From Candidatus Odyssella sp. (GTDB lineage: Bacteria; Pseudomonadota; Alphaproteobacteria; Paracaedibacterales; Paracaedibacteraceae), in the NCBI GenBank assembly GCA_020718185.1, contig DYSP01000001.1:22913-86912 (forward strand): a stretch of 64,000 bases of DNA. The letters are read 5' to 3'. The notes under the pieces were generated by a model, which was not told the origin of the DNA, made no database searches, and was given only the letters and a program-made list of their open reading frames with translations. Numbering within the stretch: the stretch's first letter is position 1; each line of letters starts with the position of its first letter. This document shows positions 1 through 9,560 of the stretch, piece by piece. Both the position numbers and the translations under genes were made by a program.

Positions 1-1
1 T

Positions 2-1357
2 GCTGATTCACAAACTTCTGCTATCCCTATTCATTGTCTTACCAAGAAATCTCTTCCAGAATGGATTACAAAACAAGATGCTTTTACACAAACATGGCTC
101 AAATCAACTGGATTTATAGCAGATCCTCAAACGATAATACTGATCCCTACTTCTGCAGGTGCGATTGGGCAAGTTCTATGGGGAAGTGACGGCTCATTTT
201 GGCATTATGCTGCGTTGGCAAATAAACTACCAACAGGCACTTATTACATTGAAACAGCTTTGGATTCTTTTGATGCTAATCATGCTTGTCTAGCTTGGGC
301 TTTATCATTTTATCAGTTTAAAAAATACCGATCTTATCCTGACGCTCCTTTAAAAAAATTAGTTTGGCCGGAAAAAGCAGAACGGCCTTGGGTTGAGGCA
401 CACTTAAAAGCGATTACCAATATTCGTGATTGGATCAATACACCTGCAGCAGACTTTACACCCGACACCTTAGCCACCCTTTCACAAAATCTGGCAACTC
501 AGTATCAAGCACAAGTGCGCGTTGTTAAAGGGTCACAACTTATGCAAGATTACCCTACTGTTTATACAGTTGGCAAAGCTGCAGCAGCAGAACCATGCTA
601 TATTCATTTTCATCATCGTCATCCTCAAAGCATCAAAAAACTAGCGCTGGTTGGTAAGGGCGTTTGTTTTGATTCTGGTGGACTTGATATTAAACCAGTT
701 AGTAATATGCTACTGATGAAAAAAGATATGGGTGGCGCAGCTCATGCCTTGGGGTTGACACAATTGATCTTAGCAATGCAATTACCTGTTGAAATAGACC
801 TTTATATTCCAGCTGTTGAAAATGCCATCAATGGCAATGCTATGCACCCTCTTGACATTATTAAAACAAGAAAGGGATTAAGTGTTGAAATTGGCAATAC
901 AGATGCAGAGGGGCGTTTAATTTTAGCCGATGCTTTGGATGAAGCCTCTAACAACAAACCAGACCTTATCATTGATTTTGCCACCCTCACAGGGGCAGCG
1001 CGTGTAGCACTGGGCACAGATTTGCCGGGCATTTTTTGCAATCAACAATTGTTAGCCAGCAACTTTATTTACGCGGCAAATAAAGTTAGTGACTCTGTTT
1101 GGCCTCTTCCACTTCATAAACCTTATGCAAAACAATTAAACACCCCAATGGCTGATCTCAGTAGTACAGGTAAAAGCAGTTATGGTAGCGCCATCGTTGC
1201 TGCGTTATTCCTCGAACATTTTATTAACCATGACACGCCGTGGATTCATATTGATTTGATGGCTTACAATTTATCCTCTTCACCGGGCAGACCAGAAGGT
1301 GGTGAAGCCATGGCATTGCGCGCCGCGTATGAATTTATTGTACAGTGGTTGCGATAA
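2..1357 (+). CDS. Leucyl aminopeptidase, M17 family (5' truncated by window edge)
   Basis: Frame open from base 2 (ADSQTSAIPIH...) into the 215..1357 ORF. M17 motifs VGKGVCFDSGG, MKKDMGGAA, NTDAEGRL. Confidence 0.95.
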   Translation, partial: ADSQTSAIPIHCLTKKSLPEWITKQDAFTQTWLKSTGFIADPQTIILIPTSAGAIGQVLWGSDGSFWHYAALANKLPTGTYYIETALDSFDANHACLAWALSFYQFKKYRSYPDAPLKKLVWPEKAERPWVEAHLKAITNIRDWINTPAADFTPDTLATLSQNLATQYQAQVRVVKGSQLMQDYPTVYTVGKAAAAEPCYIHFHHRHPQSIKKLALVGKGVCFDSGGLDIKPVSNMLLMKKDMGGAAHALGLTQLILAMQLPVEIDLYIPAVENAINGNAMHPLDIIKTRKGLSVEIGNTDAEGRLILADALDEASNNKPDLIIDFATLTGAARVALGTDLPGIFCNQQLLASNFIYAANKVSDSVWPLPLHKPYAKQLNTPMADLSSTGKSSYGSAIVAALFLEHFINHDTPWIHIDLMAYNLSSSPGRPEGGEAMALRAAYEFIVQWLR

Positions 1358-1428
1358 ATATAGTCTTGATTTTTACTTCATAAGTTCTAGTTTATAGAAA
1401 AGGAAATTAATGAATATGGAGGTTTATT

Positions 1429-1640
1429 ATGCATAAACATTCTCTTAACAGGCTAAGATTTTTATTACTTGGGAGTATACTATTAGGATCTTATTCTAGC
1501 GCTAATGCTCATTGAGCAAACATGAACATTGGTACTTTGGGGATGCTTTTAGCGTTAACCAATCTGATACATCTGAATTAAAAGGACAATATGAACGTCG
1601 AACTAAAAACTCAAAATGTCATTGGGTTGTAAAGCGTTAG
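1429..1640 (+). pseudogene. Probable frameshifted small secreted protein remnant
   Basis: GGAGG RBS then MHKHSLNRLRFLLLGSILLGSYSSANAH-stop (signal peptide-like, ends ANA). A shifted frame continues LSKHEHWYFGDAF...VVKR to TAG at 1638-1640. Confidence 0.4.
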
Positions 1641-2386
1641 TTTTCTTCAATATAATCCCGAGTGATTTCACTTTGAGGATTGGAAAAAAGTTCCTTTGTT
1701 TTGCCAAAGCCAACAAGTTCGCCATGATGCATATGCGCAGTATAATCAGACACATTTTTCGCTTGTTTTAGATTATGCGTCACAATAACGATTGTATAAT
1801 CATGCTTTAATTCAAGCACAAGTTTCTCAATTAATTTAGAAGATTTTGGATCTAATGCGGATGTTGGCTCGTCCAATAAAAGCACTTCAGGCTTTACTGA
1901 AATTGTCCTTGCAATACAAAGGCGCTGTTGTTGACCATGAGATAAATTATGACTACTTTGCTTTAATTTATCTTTCACTTCATCCCAAATAGCTGCTTTT
2001 TTCAATGCCCACTCAACTCTTTCATCTATTTCCTTTGCTTTAAGTCGTTCATAAAGTTTTATACCAAAAGCAATATTGTCGTAAATAGACATTGGAAAAG
2101 GGGTAGGTCTTTGAAAAACCATTCCCACTCTTTTTCTAAGAAGCATTAAATCTTCTTTGGGTGAAAGAATATTTTTATTATCTAAAAGAATTTCTCCATG
2201 CGCATTTAGTTTTGGATAAAGACTATAAATTCTATTAAATGTTCGCAAAAGAGTAGATTTTCCGCCACCTGAATGTCCTATGAGGGCTGTCACTTCTCCA
2301 GCCGCTATAGAGACATTGATATCTTTTAGCGCTTGGTATTTTCCATAGAAAAAATTTAAATTTTTTGTTCGTATTTTATAGTGCAT
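1637..2386 (-). CDS. pstB: Phosphate ABC transporter ATP-binding protein
   Basis: Walker [49 protein letters not shown]. Operon position after pstA. Confidence 0.96.
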   Translation of the reverse strand: MHYKIRTKNLNFFYGKYQALKDINVSIAAGEVTALIGHSGGGKSTLLRTFNRIYSLYPKLNAHGEILLDNKNILSPKEDLMLLRKRVGMVFQRPTPFPMSIYDNIAFGIKLYERLKAKEIDERVEWALKKAAIWDEVKDKLKQSSHNLSHGQQQRLCIARTISVKPEVLLLDEPTSALDPKSSKLIEKLVLELKHDYTIVIVTHNLKQAKNVSDYTAHMHHGELVGFGKTKELFSNPQSEITRDYIEEN

Positions 2387-2411
2387 TTTAAGTTCTATCC
2401 ACTTTAATAAT

Positions 2412-3266
2412 TTAATGAAGAACGATTTTTTGCCTAAACATTAATCTCACACAAATATTTAAACTCAAAACAAATAGAGTTAGAATAAGGGCTCCTGTCC
2501 ACGCAAGCTGATGCCAATCATTATAAGGGCTCATCGCATATTGAAATATGACAATCGGCAAACTGGCGAGTGGCTTATTCATATTAAGGCTCCAAAATTG
2601 ATTATTGAGCGCAGTAAACAAAAGGGGAGCCGTTTCCCCACTAATTCTAGCCGTAGCTAAAATAACACCTGTCAGAATACCCGTTTTAGCAACGGGCAAC
2701 ACAACTCTTAAAATAATTTTCCAATGCGGTGCGCCAAGTGCGGCGGCTGCCTCTTTCATATGTGAAGGTACCAATGCCAAAACACTGTCAGATGTTCTCG
2801 TGATGATGGGAATAGAAATAAGGCCTAAAACAATGGCGCCTGCCCATCCCGAAAAATGTCCAACTTGGGTCACATACATTTCATAAACAAATAACCCAAG
2901 AATGACAGAAGGCGCACTTAAAAGAACATCATTAATAAATCTCGTAAACTGAGAAAAGAGATTATTTCTTCCAAATTCTGAAAGGTATAGAGCAATTGTA
3001 ACGCCAACAGGAATCCCAAAAATAATAGCCACTGAGGTCATCAAAATACTGCCGACAATTGCATTTAACAAACCACCAGTGGCTCCCGGCGGTGGTGTCA
3101 TTTGCCTGAAAACATCTAAGTTTAGCCCTTGAAGTCCTTTATCAAAAAGCGTAAATAAAATCCACGTTAGAAAAAAAATACCTATAGAAGCGGATATTAA
3201 GGAAAAGCAATGCGCCATTACATTTTTAATTTGGCGTCTCCAATGCAAAGGGGAATGAGTGCTCAT
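2412..3266 (-). CDS. pstA: Phosphate ABC transporter permease PstA
   Basis: [24 protein letters not shown], multiple TM segments. Confidence 0.95.
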   Translation of the reverse strand: MSTHSPLHWRRQIKNVMAHCFSLISASIGIFFLTWILFTLFDKGLQGLNLDVFRQMTPPPGATGGLLNAIVGSILMTSVAIIFGIPVGVTIALYLSEFGRNNLFSQFTRFINDVLLSAPSVILGLFVYEMYVTQVGHFSGWAGAIVLGLISIPIITRTSDSVLALVPSHMKEAAAALGAPHWKIILRVVLPVAKTGILTGVILATARISGETAPLLFTALNNQFWSLNMNKPLASLPIVIFQYAMSPYNDWHQLAWTGALILTLFVLSLNICVRLMFRQKIVLH

Positions 3267-4192
3267 AACTTCTCCTTATTGCTAGCGCGTTTTAACAGGA
3301 ACTGAGAGATTGCAAGAACAATAGCTGTAATAATGAATAGGATTAATCCCAAATTCATGAGCGCTGCTGTATAAATTTCTGACTCAGCTTCAGAAAATTC
3401 ATTTGCTAATGATGAAGAAATTGTATTTCCTGGCATAAGCAATGAAATTGTTAAACTATATGCATTTCCAATGACAAAAGACACGGCCATTGTTTCACCA
3501 AGTGCTCGTCCTAATCCCAGCATTACACCGCCTAAAATTTGATTTTTCGTGTAAGGAATAGTGATATTCCAAAAAACTTCCCAGGTAGTGCAACCCATTC
3601 CATAAGCTGATTCTTTTAAAACCTTTGGAACCAAATCAAAGGCATCTTTTAAAGAAGACGTTATAAAAGGAATAATCATAATCCCCAAAATAATACCAGC
3701 CGTAAGAATATTGATGCCAGCAGAAGAACCTGTAAAAAGCTTTCCCACAATCATTTTATCGCCTAAATTACTCATTAACCATGAGGCAAGATCTGATCCT
3801 ATTTTAGGTGAGAAAACAAACAACCCCCACATTCCATAAATAATACTAGGCACTACAGCCAAAAGTTCAATCAAAATTGTAAATGGAAGTTTAACCCATT
3901 GCGGAATGATTTCGGTGATAAAAAAGGCTATTCCAAAGCTAATAGGAAGACCAAGGACAATCGCTAAAGTAGATGTAACCAAGGTACCAATAAGAGGAAT
4001 CAATGCCCCAAATTGATGTGTTACTGGATTCCATTCTGATGAAAAAATGAAACTGTACCCAAAGCTAGCTATACTAATTTTACTGCCAACAATTAAATTA
4101 ATAAAAATGCACACTAACGTTGCTGAAACACAAAAAGCTAGCAAAAAGCTAAATAAATAAAAAATCCGATCTGCAATATTTAAATTTTTCAT
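3263..4192 (-). CDS. pstC: Phosphate ABC transporter permease PstC
   Basis: WNP..FGALIPLIGT, ELLAVVPSIIYGMWG, LGRALGETMAV. Confidence 0.95.
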   Translation of the reverse strand: MKNLNIADRIFYLFSFLLAFCVSATLVCIFINLIVGSKISIASFGYSFIFSSEWNPVTHQFGALIPLIGTLVTSTLAIVLGLPISFGIAFFITEIIPQWVKLPFTILIELLAVVPSIIYGMWGLFVFSPKIGSDLASWLMSNLGDKMIVGKLFTGSSAGINILTAGIILGIMIIPFITSSLKDAFDLVPKVLKESAYGMGCTTWEVFWNITIPYTKNQILGGVMLGLGRALGETMAVSFVIGNAYSLTISLLMPGNTISSSLANEFSEAESEIYTAALMNLGLILFIITAIVLAISQFLLKRASNKEKL

Positions 4193-4194
4193 TT

Positions 4195-4356
4195 TATACT
4201 CTTCGTGATTGGAAATGTGGATTTATAGCATCGAGATTTGAGGCGATTTTTTGCTTGGCCGACAAGGCGAGTAAGATCTCCCTGAAGAGGCCAAGCAAGA
4301 AAAAGAGCCCAAAGATCGATTGATAGAAATTTGCATTTTCAGTCATGACGAGTATA
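4195..4356 (+). mobile_element. TA-flanked palindromic element (MITE/RPE-like) between pstS and pstC
   Basis: TA + 158-nt TAC...GTA + TA. Outer 34 positions pair (25 WC, 6 G-U, 3 mismatches). Inner stem TTGCTTGGCC/GGCCAAGCAA. Confidence 0.85.
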
Positions 4357-4360
4357 TCTC

Positions 4361-5449
4361 TTATTTTTGAGTGTTTTTGAGAAATGACTCTTTCCAAGTA
4401 TCTTTGACTAACGACACCAAATTATTTGGTAACGGCACATAATCTAATTGTGTCGCCATATCCGAGCCTTTATCAAAAGCCCATTCAAAAAACTTAAGCA
4501 CTTCTCTTGATGTTTCAAGAGATGTTGGTTTTTTCTGCATCAAAATAAAACTAGCCCCAGTTATTGGCCAACTTTTTTCACCAGGTTGATCTGTTAAAAT
4601 AACATAATATTGAGAAGATAATTTCCAATCCGCATTGCTTGCAGCTGCTGAAAACGACTCAATTGATGGCAAAACTGTCTTACCTGCTTGATTTTGGAGT
4701 GTGGCAACAGGCAGACCATTGTGTTTCGCATAAGCATATTCTACATAGCCAATCGCACCGTCATGTTGTTTAACATTCGCAGCAACACCTTCATTTCCCT
4801 TGCCACCCAAACCTGTTGGCCATGAAATAGAAGAGTCTGAACCAACTTTGTTTTTCCACTCAGGGCTAACTTTTGTAAGGTAGTTAGTAAAAAGAAATGT
4901 TGTTCCTGAACCATCTGCACGATGAACAACGATGATGTCTTTATCAGGAAGTTTCACATCCGGGTTTAGCTTTTGAATAGCTGGATCAGACCATTTTTTT
5001 ATTTTTGCCATGAAAATATCAGCAAGAACTGAGCCGCTTAGATTGATAACCTTATCTTTTTCATCAAGATCTTTTAAATGGATAATCGGTACAATCCCAC
5101 CAATAATAGCGGGAAATTGAATAAGATTACCACTGGCCAACACCTCAGGATCTAAAGGTTTATCAGATGCACCAAAATCAACTGTTTTTTCTCTGATTTG
5201 CTTAATCCCACCACCAGATCCAATAGATTGATAATTTAAACGTATATTACTTTCTTTCCCATAAGCATCAGCCCATTTTGAATAAATAGGATAGGGAAAC
5301 GTTGCACCAGCCCCCGTAATTTCAACAGCACTCACCGCGGGTGTCGTTAAAGCGTGGCTATTTATATTTCCTGTTAAGCTAATGATCGCAGTCAATAACA
5401 AGGATTTTAACAGACCTTTATTCAAGTGCACATTACTTAAGTAAATCAT
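4361..5449 (-). CDS. pstS: Phosphate ABC transporter substrate-binding protein
   Basis: ITGAGATFPYP, NYQSIGSGGG, HRADGSGTT, GGKGNEGV, IGYVEYAY. Confidence 0.97.
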   Translation of the reverse strand: MIYLSNVHLNKGLLKSLLLTAIISLTGNINSHALTTPAVSAVEITGAGATFPYPIYSKWADAYGKESNIRLNYQSIGSGGGIKQIREKTVDFGASDKPLDPEVLASGNLIQFPAIIGGIVPIIHLKDLDEKDKVINLSGSVLADIFMAKIKKWSDPAIQKLNPDVKLPDKDIIVVHRADGSGTTFLFTNYLTKVSPEWKNKVGSDSSISWPTGLGGKGNEGVAANVKQHDGAIGYVEYAYAKHNGLPVATLQNQAGKTVLPSIESFSAAASNADWKLSSQYYVILTDQPGEKSWPITGASFILMQKKPTSLETSREVLKFFEWAFDKGSDMATQLDYVPLPNNLVSLVKDTWKESFLKNTQK

Positions 5450-5522
5450 AAATCATTTCCTTTATTTTTGACTGTTACGAATTGAAAAAAGAGAAGTATT
5501 TGCATATCATTTCTTTCTCTCA

Positions 5523-6887
5523 TTAAAAGTTATAAATATAACTGACAACAAAACGGGTATCACGGCCATTAAATTCCACAGGTACGCCGGCTTTACGTTT
5601 AAAGTGTTCAACCTCAAAGCCTACTTCATTATTCGGGAAAATCGTATAAATTAAGTTAACATGGTATCTTTGCATACTTTTATGAAAGATGCGCGTCGTC
5701 GCAGGAATTGCGGTCATTTTTTCAGGTGTAAATACTTTTGTATATGCACCACCCATTGTTGAATTAAGACATTTTGTCCAATTAACCATAATCCCAGCAT
5801 TATAATACATGGCTTTGACATTTTCGTAATGATTCGTTAAACCAAGATTATCTGCTGTTCGATATTGAAAATAAGAATCAAGCGGATTCTGGTTACCCAA
5901 GTCATCAATATAACGCCCTGTTCCTTTCCCTCCTATAATTTGCCCCATTAATCTTACGGGTTTTAATACTTCCAAAACACCAGCAATACCAACGCCCCAA
6001 CCAAGTTTACTTTGATTAAAGTTATCTAGAGCACCATTAAACCCCTTCACCGCTTTCACTTGCAATTTCCTTGCAACACCAGCCAATGACAACTGACCAA
6101 CGTCATTTTTAAATCTTATTTGCATCGTTAAATCGGGTGTGGATGATTTGCTATTACTACTGGTTGAATCATTGTCTTGATATCCACTTGTTCCAACAAC
6201 ACCTGTGTTTTGAAAATACTGCACACTTGGCTTTTCAAGTGCTGCAGCAACACTAAGACGTGGCATAATCATGTGTGTATATCTTATTTGTGCAACTCGA
6301 AAACTTGCTGGAACGTTATTCAGCGTTCTTGGTGCAGCTTCAATATTGCCAAAATTTGTCCACCCCTGACCGACAAGCAAAATATGGCGTTCTGTTTCAT
6401 CCATAACTTCACCAAAAGCAAACCTTAATCGTGGAGAATACGAATTTGTTGTCGTGGAAGAGTTACCATTGAAATCGAATTCTACAAAAACATGTGACTT
6501 TGTTTTTCCTAATACTTTATAAGCATCTATGTTTAGACGTGTTCCAGTTAAAGTAGCATTGAAATTTCCTCGCCGCTGGGCATTAAAATCGATCCCATCC
6601 AGCGGAAGTGCAGCCACGTCAACACCATATGTGCCAAACTGTCGACCATTCACATCATAGAATGCATCTAATTTGACTCTACCACCAAGTTGCAAATACA
6701 TATCACCAATCTTACTTGCTAAAACACTTTTATTAATATCATCACTTTTGGGTACCTTATAAGTCCCTTTTGAGAAACTTGACTCTGGCACTGAAAAAGC
6801 AGGAGTCGCTATTCCAACGATTAAACATAATAAAAGATATTTTTTAATTAAACGTATGCTCACTTTAAACACCCTGATCTTAAACAT
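5523..6887 (-). CDS. Outer membrane porin, DcaP-like
   Basis: Signal peptide, LGGRVKLDAFYD, FVEFDF, PRLRFAF, LLVGQGWTNF, C-terminal YIYNF beta-signal. Directly upstream of pstS. Confidence 0.75.
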   Translation of the reverse strand: MFKIRVFKVSIRLIKKYLLLCLIVGIATPAFSVPESSFSKGTYKVPKSDDINKSVLASKIGDMYLQLGGRVKLDAFYDVNGRQFGTYGVDVAALPLDGIDFNAQRRGNFNATLTGTRLNIDAYKVLGKTKSHVFVEFDFNGNSSTTTNSYSPRLRFAFGEVMDETERHILLVGQGWTNFGNIEAAPRTLNNVPASFRVAQIRYTHMIMPRLSVAAALEKPSVQYFQNTGVVGTSGYQDNDSTSSNSKSSTPDLTMQIRFKNDVGQLSLAGVARKLQVKAVKGFNGALDNFNQSKLGWGVGIAGVLEVLKPVRLMGQIIGGKGTGRYIDDLGNQNPLDSYFQYRTADNLGLTNHYENVKAMYYNAGIMVNWTKCLNSTMGGAYTKVFTPEKMTAIPATTRIFHKSMQRYHVNLIYTIFPNNEVGFEVEHFKRKAGVPVEFNGRDTRFVVSYIYNF

Positions 6888-6953
6888 TAAAATAAATTTA
6901 GTTAATATATTATTAATATAAGCTTAAAATTCATTCAAGATATTTAATTGATT

Positions 6954-7965
6954 TTAGATGAGAGAGGCCAGATGAGCATAATATCCAAGTAAATTAGCAT
7001 GATGTTTGAAGTCAGATTTATAAGTAATAATTATGGCGTCAAGGCTACTAAGGACGTTAGGATCTGCTAATTGAATTTCATCAGGAAGCTGAAGATATCC
7101 CAAAACAATTTTCACAGCATAGTCTTTAAGTTCATTGGTCAAAATAGGAGCATGCCTTATAATTTGCGCCAATCGAATCAGCATCTCTTCAGTATTACGC
7201 ACTTTTTCTGCAAAGTCAGGATCTGAAAGATTTAAGTCATTTTTCATTTCTGGAACTAACATCAAAACATCTTTTGCTAATTCTGGAATGAGAACAGCTT
7301 CGATGTAGAATAAAATCGGTGCGTCATCTTTTTGACTTAGTGATTCTCGAAGTGCATTAAAATTACTTACTACTTTCTCATTTTGAACAATCAATAAAAA
7401 ATTCTGTTTAAGCCACTGATAGAGTTGTAACCCGTCTTCTTCTGAAAATTTAGATGGATCTTCATTTTGAATAACTTTACATAATTCATTAAACTGATAA
7501 GCATTTATAATCTTTTTCCCATCATCTCTTTTAGGAATTAGATTTAGATATTCCAAGAATTTGTCCATAGAAAACACACATCCACAAACAGACTCTCTGC
7601 CTAGGATTTTTGTATTCCATTGTCCATTCCACTTCCCTTGAAAGGTATGACATACGTTAGGGCACATAGATTGAGCCATCATATAGTTAAAGCAACATAA
7701 TTATGTCACATTTTATGATGCAGTTTTGATCGAAATTTCAAACCTCAAAATCCGCGAATAGTTAGTCTCTTTAAGGATTTTGAGGTGCCGAAAGTTCGAC
7801 AAAAATCAATCTAGAAAATTGATGAAATTATGTTGCTTTAGCTATATTATCTTGAATTGGACCAGTATTTCTATCAAGCGTCCATGCATTAACCGCACCT
7901 TCCATAAGAAACAAGCAGGATAAAACATTTAAGATTACACCATAATTTTTACGAAAAATAATCAT
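6954..7965 (-). pseudogene. Secreted mannan-binding lectin (MVL-type) domain protein interrupted by a palindromic element
   Basis: ATG 7965 gives MIIFRKNYGVILNVLSCLFLMEGAVNAWTLDRNTGPIQDN, then stops inside the element. Removing 7684..7844 plus one TA fuses in frame to the 7682 ORF: GPIQDNMMAQSMCPNVC...WNGQW...SVCGC. Confidence 0.8.
7682..7846 (+). mobile_element. TA-flanked palindromic element (MITE/RPE-like), 161 nt plus TA duplication
   Basis: Terminal IR TAGTTAAAGCAACATAATT / AATTATGTTGCTTTAGCTA. Inner stem ACCTCAAAATCC/GGATTTTGAGGT. TA duplication supported by in-frame empty-site reconstruction. Confidence 0.92.
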
Positions 7966-8058
7966 TTTTAATTTTTCTCACTCAATATACTCATCATGAA
8001 TAAAAAAGCGAAGAGTATAGATTATTATTCATAAATAATAAATTAACCTTAAAAAGGA

Positions 8059-8511
8059 TTAAGACAATAGATAATCAATAGGATATTTTGAATCTGTGAG
8101 AATAATTTGCCAAGCTTGACTTTTCCCAACATCAACAATCACAGGTGCACGCAGATTCACTATTATACGTTGTGCATCAGGATCTGACTTATCAATCTTA
8201 ACGACAAAAAATAAATCTAATTTATCTCCCTGCGTTTGAATATCATATTGTTCGGTAACAGCAAAAACATCATCCATCACAATGTTTACTTTATGCTGAA
8301 TAGCTTCATGACTTAATAAAATAAATCTAATAGCTGGGCACTCATGGGATGCAAGCATCCAAAATAAACTGGGCTTATCATTATTTGGGATTGATTTAAG
8401 CAAATAGTGCTTTAATTGAGCAAATCCAATAATCCCTTGAGGCATCAGTAATCTTACACCTTCATCAATTACAGGAATAAAATCTTCAGCAATTTTTTCT
8501 GGATGTGTCAT
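8059..8511 (-). CDS. fliW: Flagellar assembly factor FliW
   Basis: PQGIIGF, VNLRAPVIVD, QIIL...YP. Last gene of the flgKL cluster. Confidence 0.85.
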   Translation of the reverse strand: MTHPEKIAEDFIPVIDEGVRLLMPQGIIGFAQLKHYLLKSIPNNDKPSLFWMLASHECPAIRFILLSHEAIQHKVNIVMDDVFAVTEQYDIQTQGDKLDLFFVVKIDKSDPDAQRIIVNLRAPVIVDVGKSQAWQIILTDSKYPIDYLLS

Positions 8512-8528
8512 TAATTATCTCCTACTTA

Positions 8529-8587
8529 ATAGTTAAAGCAACATAATTGTGTCATATTTTATGATGCAATTATGTTGCTTTAACTAT
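8529..8587 (+). repeat. Short 59-nt palindromic derivative of the 7684 element (left-arm type)
   Basis: Perfect 21-bp IR ATAGTTAAAGCAACATAATTG / CAATTATGTTGCTTTAACTAT. First ~40 nt nearly identical to the left arm of the 7684 element. Confidence 0.9.
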
Positions 8588-8590
8588 AAA

Positions 8591-9547
8591 TTACCTATTA
8601 AGTGTATGTACTAAATCGCGAAGGAATTCATTTTGAATAATCATCGATTGCCCAACTTCCATCAATGTTTTAGCATTAATAAATTTTTGCAAAGCTTCAC
8701 TTGGCGTTTCATAGCCAGCACTTTGAATAGCTACTTCTGCATTAGCTTCTTGAGTAAGTAATCCTTCTTTAGCAACGGTTAAATTCTTCATTTGTGTTTG
8801 CAGTGTTGCGCCGTCATTAATAATATTTTGTGAGGCTTGGAAACATAAATCATTAGCATATCCCAATCTATCCATGAGATTAGGATCTCCTCCTGCATAA
8901 ATGCATAGGTTAATTGCATAAACTAATTGAGCAATCCCATCACTTCCCGCATTTGCATCAATATTAATTTGAGTAGCGCTATCGGCATTAAAAGTAATCG
9001 TTTCAAAGTTACCCAGATAATAACCCTTCGTCACTATTCCACCCGTTGTTACACCAGGATTGTTAAGCAACCCAACTTCAGGCGTTGCAGTTGTTGTCCC
9101 TGAAAAAAGTGATTCATCAACAAATGTTGTATTTAAAATGTTTTTTACTTCAACAATCATACTATTGGCAGTGAAGATAAGATTTTCTACCGGCATGCCA
9201 GGACTACGAGCGGCAGAAATTTCTTGCTGTAAATTATTGCTAAGCTGTAAATTATTGCTAAGCTGTAAATTATTGCTAATCTGCCGCAAACGATCTAGCT
9301 GAGTATTAGTACTATTTAATCTTTGTAAATTATAAGTATCACCACTGTTGTATTCTTTAAGGCTAAAACAAAGCATTTGTTGATTAACAAAAAGATCCAC
9401 ATCTTGAATCTCACTAAAATCATCACTAGCACCGGCTGACCCTAGGCTATCACTGGCTCTGGTATATTGTTGTTCCACTCTTTTTGCATTATCAAGAGTT
9501 TCCCTTGATTTAATAAGATAGGCGGGATTTGGTTTGATTAATTGCAT
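8591..9547 (-). CDS. flgL: Flagellar hook-associated protein 3 (FlgL-like), divergent
   Basis: Follows flgK. LNTTFVDESLFSGTTT resembles the FlgL LN...YLFSG motif. Flagellin-like helical ends. Confidence 0.7.
   Translation of the reverse strand: MQLIKPNPAYLIKSRETLDNAKRVEQQYTRASDSLGSAGASDDFSEIQDVDLFVNQQMLCFSLKEYNSGDTYNLQRLNSTNTQLDRLRQISNNLQLSNNLQLSNNLQQEISAARSPGMPVENLIFTANSMIVEVKNILNTTFVDESLFSGTTTATPEVGLLNNPGVTTGGIVTKGYYLGNFETITFNADSATQINIDANAGSDGIAQLVYAINLCIYAGGDPNLMDRLGYANDLCFQASQNIINDGATLQTQMKNLTVAKEGLLTQEANAEVAIQSAGYETPSEALQKFINAKTLMEVGQSMIIQNEFLRDLVHTLNR
9226..9279. repeat. Perfect 18-bp tandem triplication inside flgL
   Basis: GCTGTAAATTATTGCTAA x3 (9226-9243, 9244-9261, 9262-9279), giving SNNLQL repeats. 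Confidence 0.97.
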
Positions 9548-9560
9548 TGCTTGTCTCCTA

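Noticed and set aside
1513-1515. TGA read-through or alternative genetic code
   Set aside because: Conserved genes use TGG for Trp and several end in TGA (e.g. 18058-18060, 32039-32041), consistent with code 11.
1930-1950. pstB ABC signature LSHGQ instead of LSGGQ as a sign of inactivation
   Set aside because: That position is variable in ABC ATPases. Walker A, Walker B and the H-loop are intact.
4194-4397. 67-aa ORF between pstS and pstC
   Set aside because: It is the reading frame through the palindromic element and overlaps pstS. No independent coding evidence.
7682-8587. Repeated AAAGCAACATAATT motif as a CRISPR array
   Set aside because: Copies are inverted pairs and dispersed, with no regular spacers and no cas genes.
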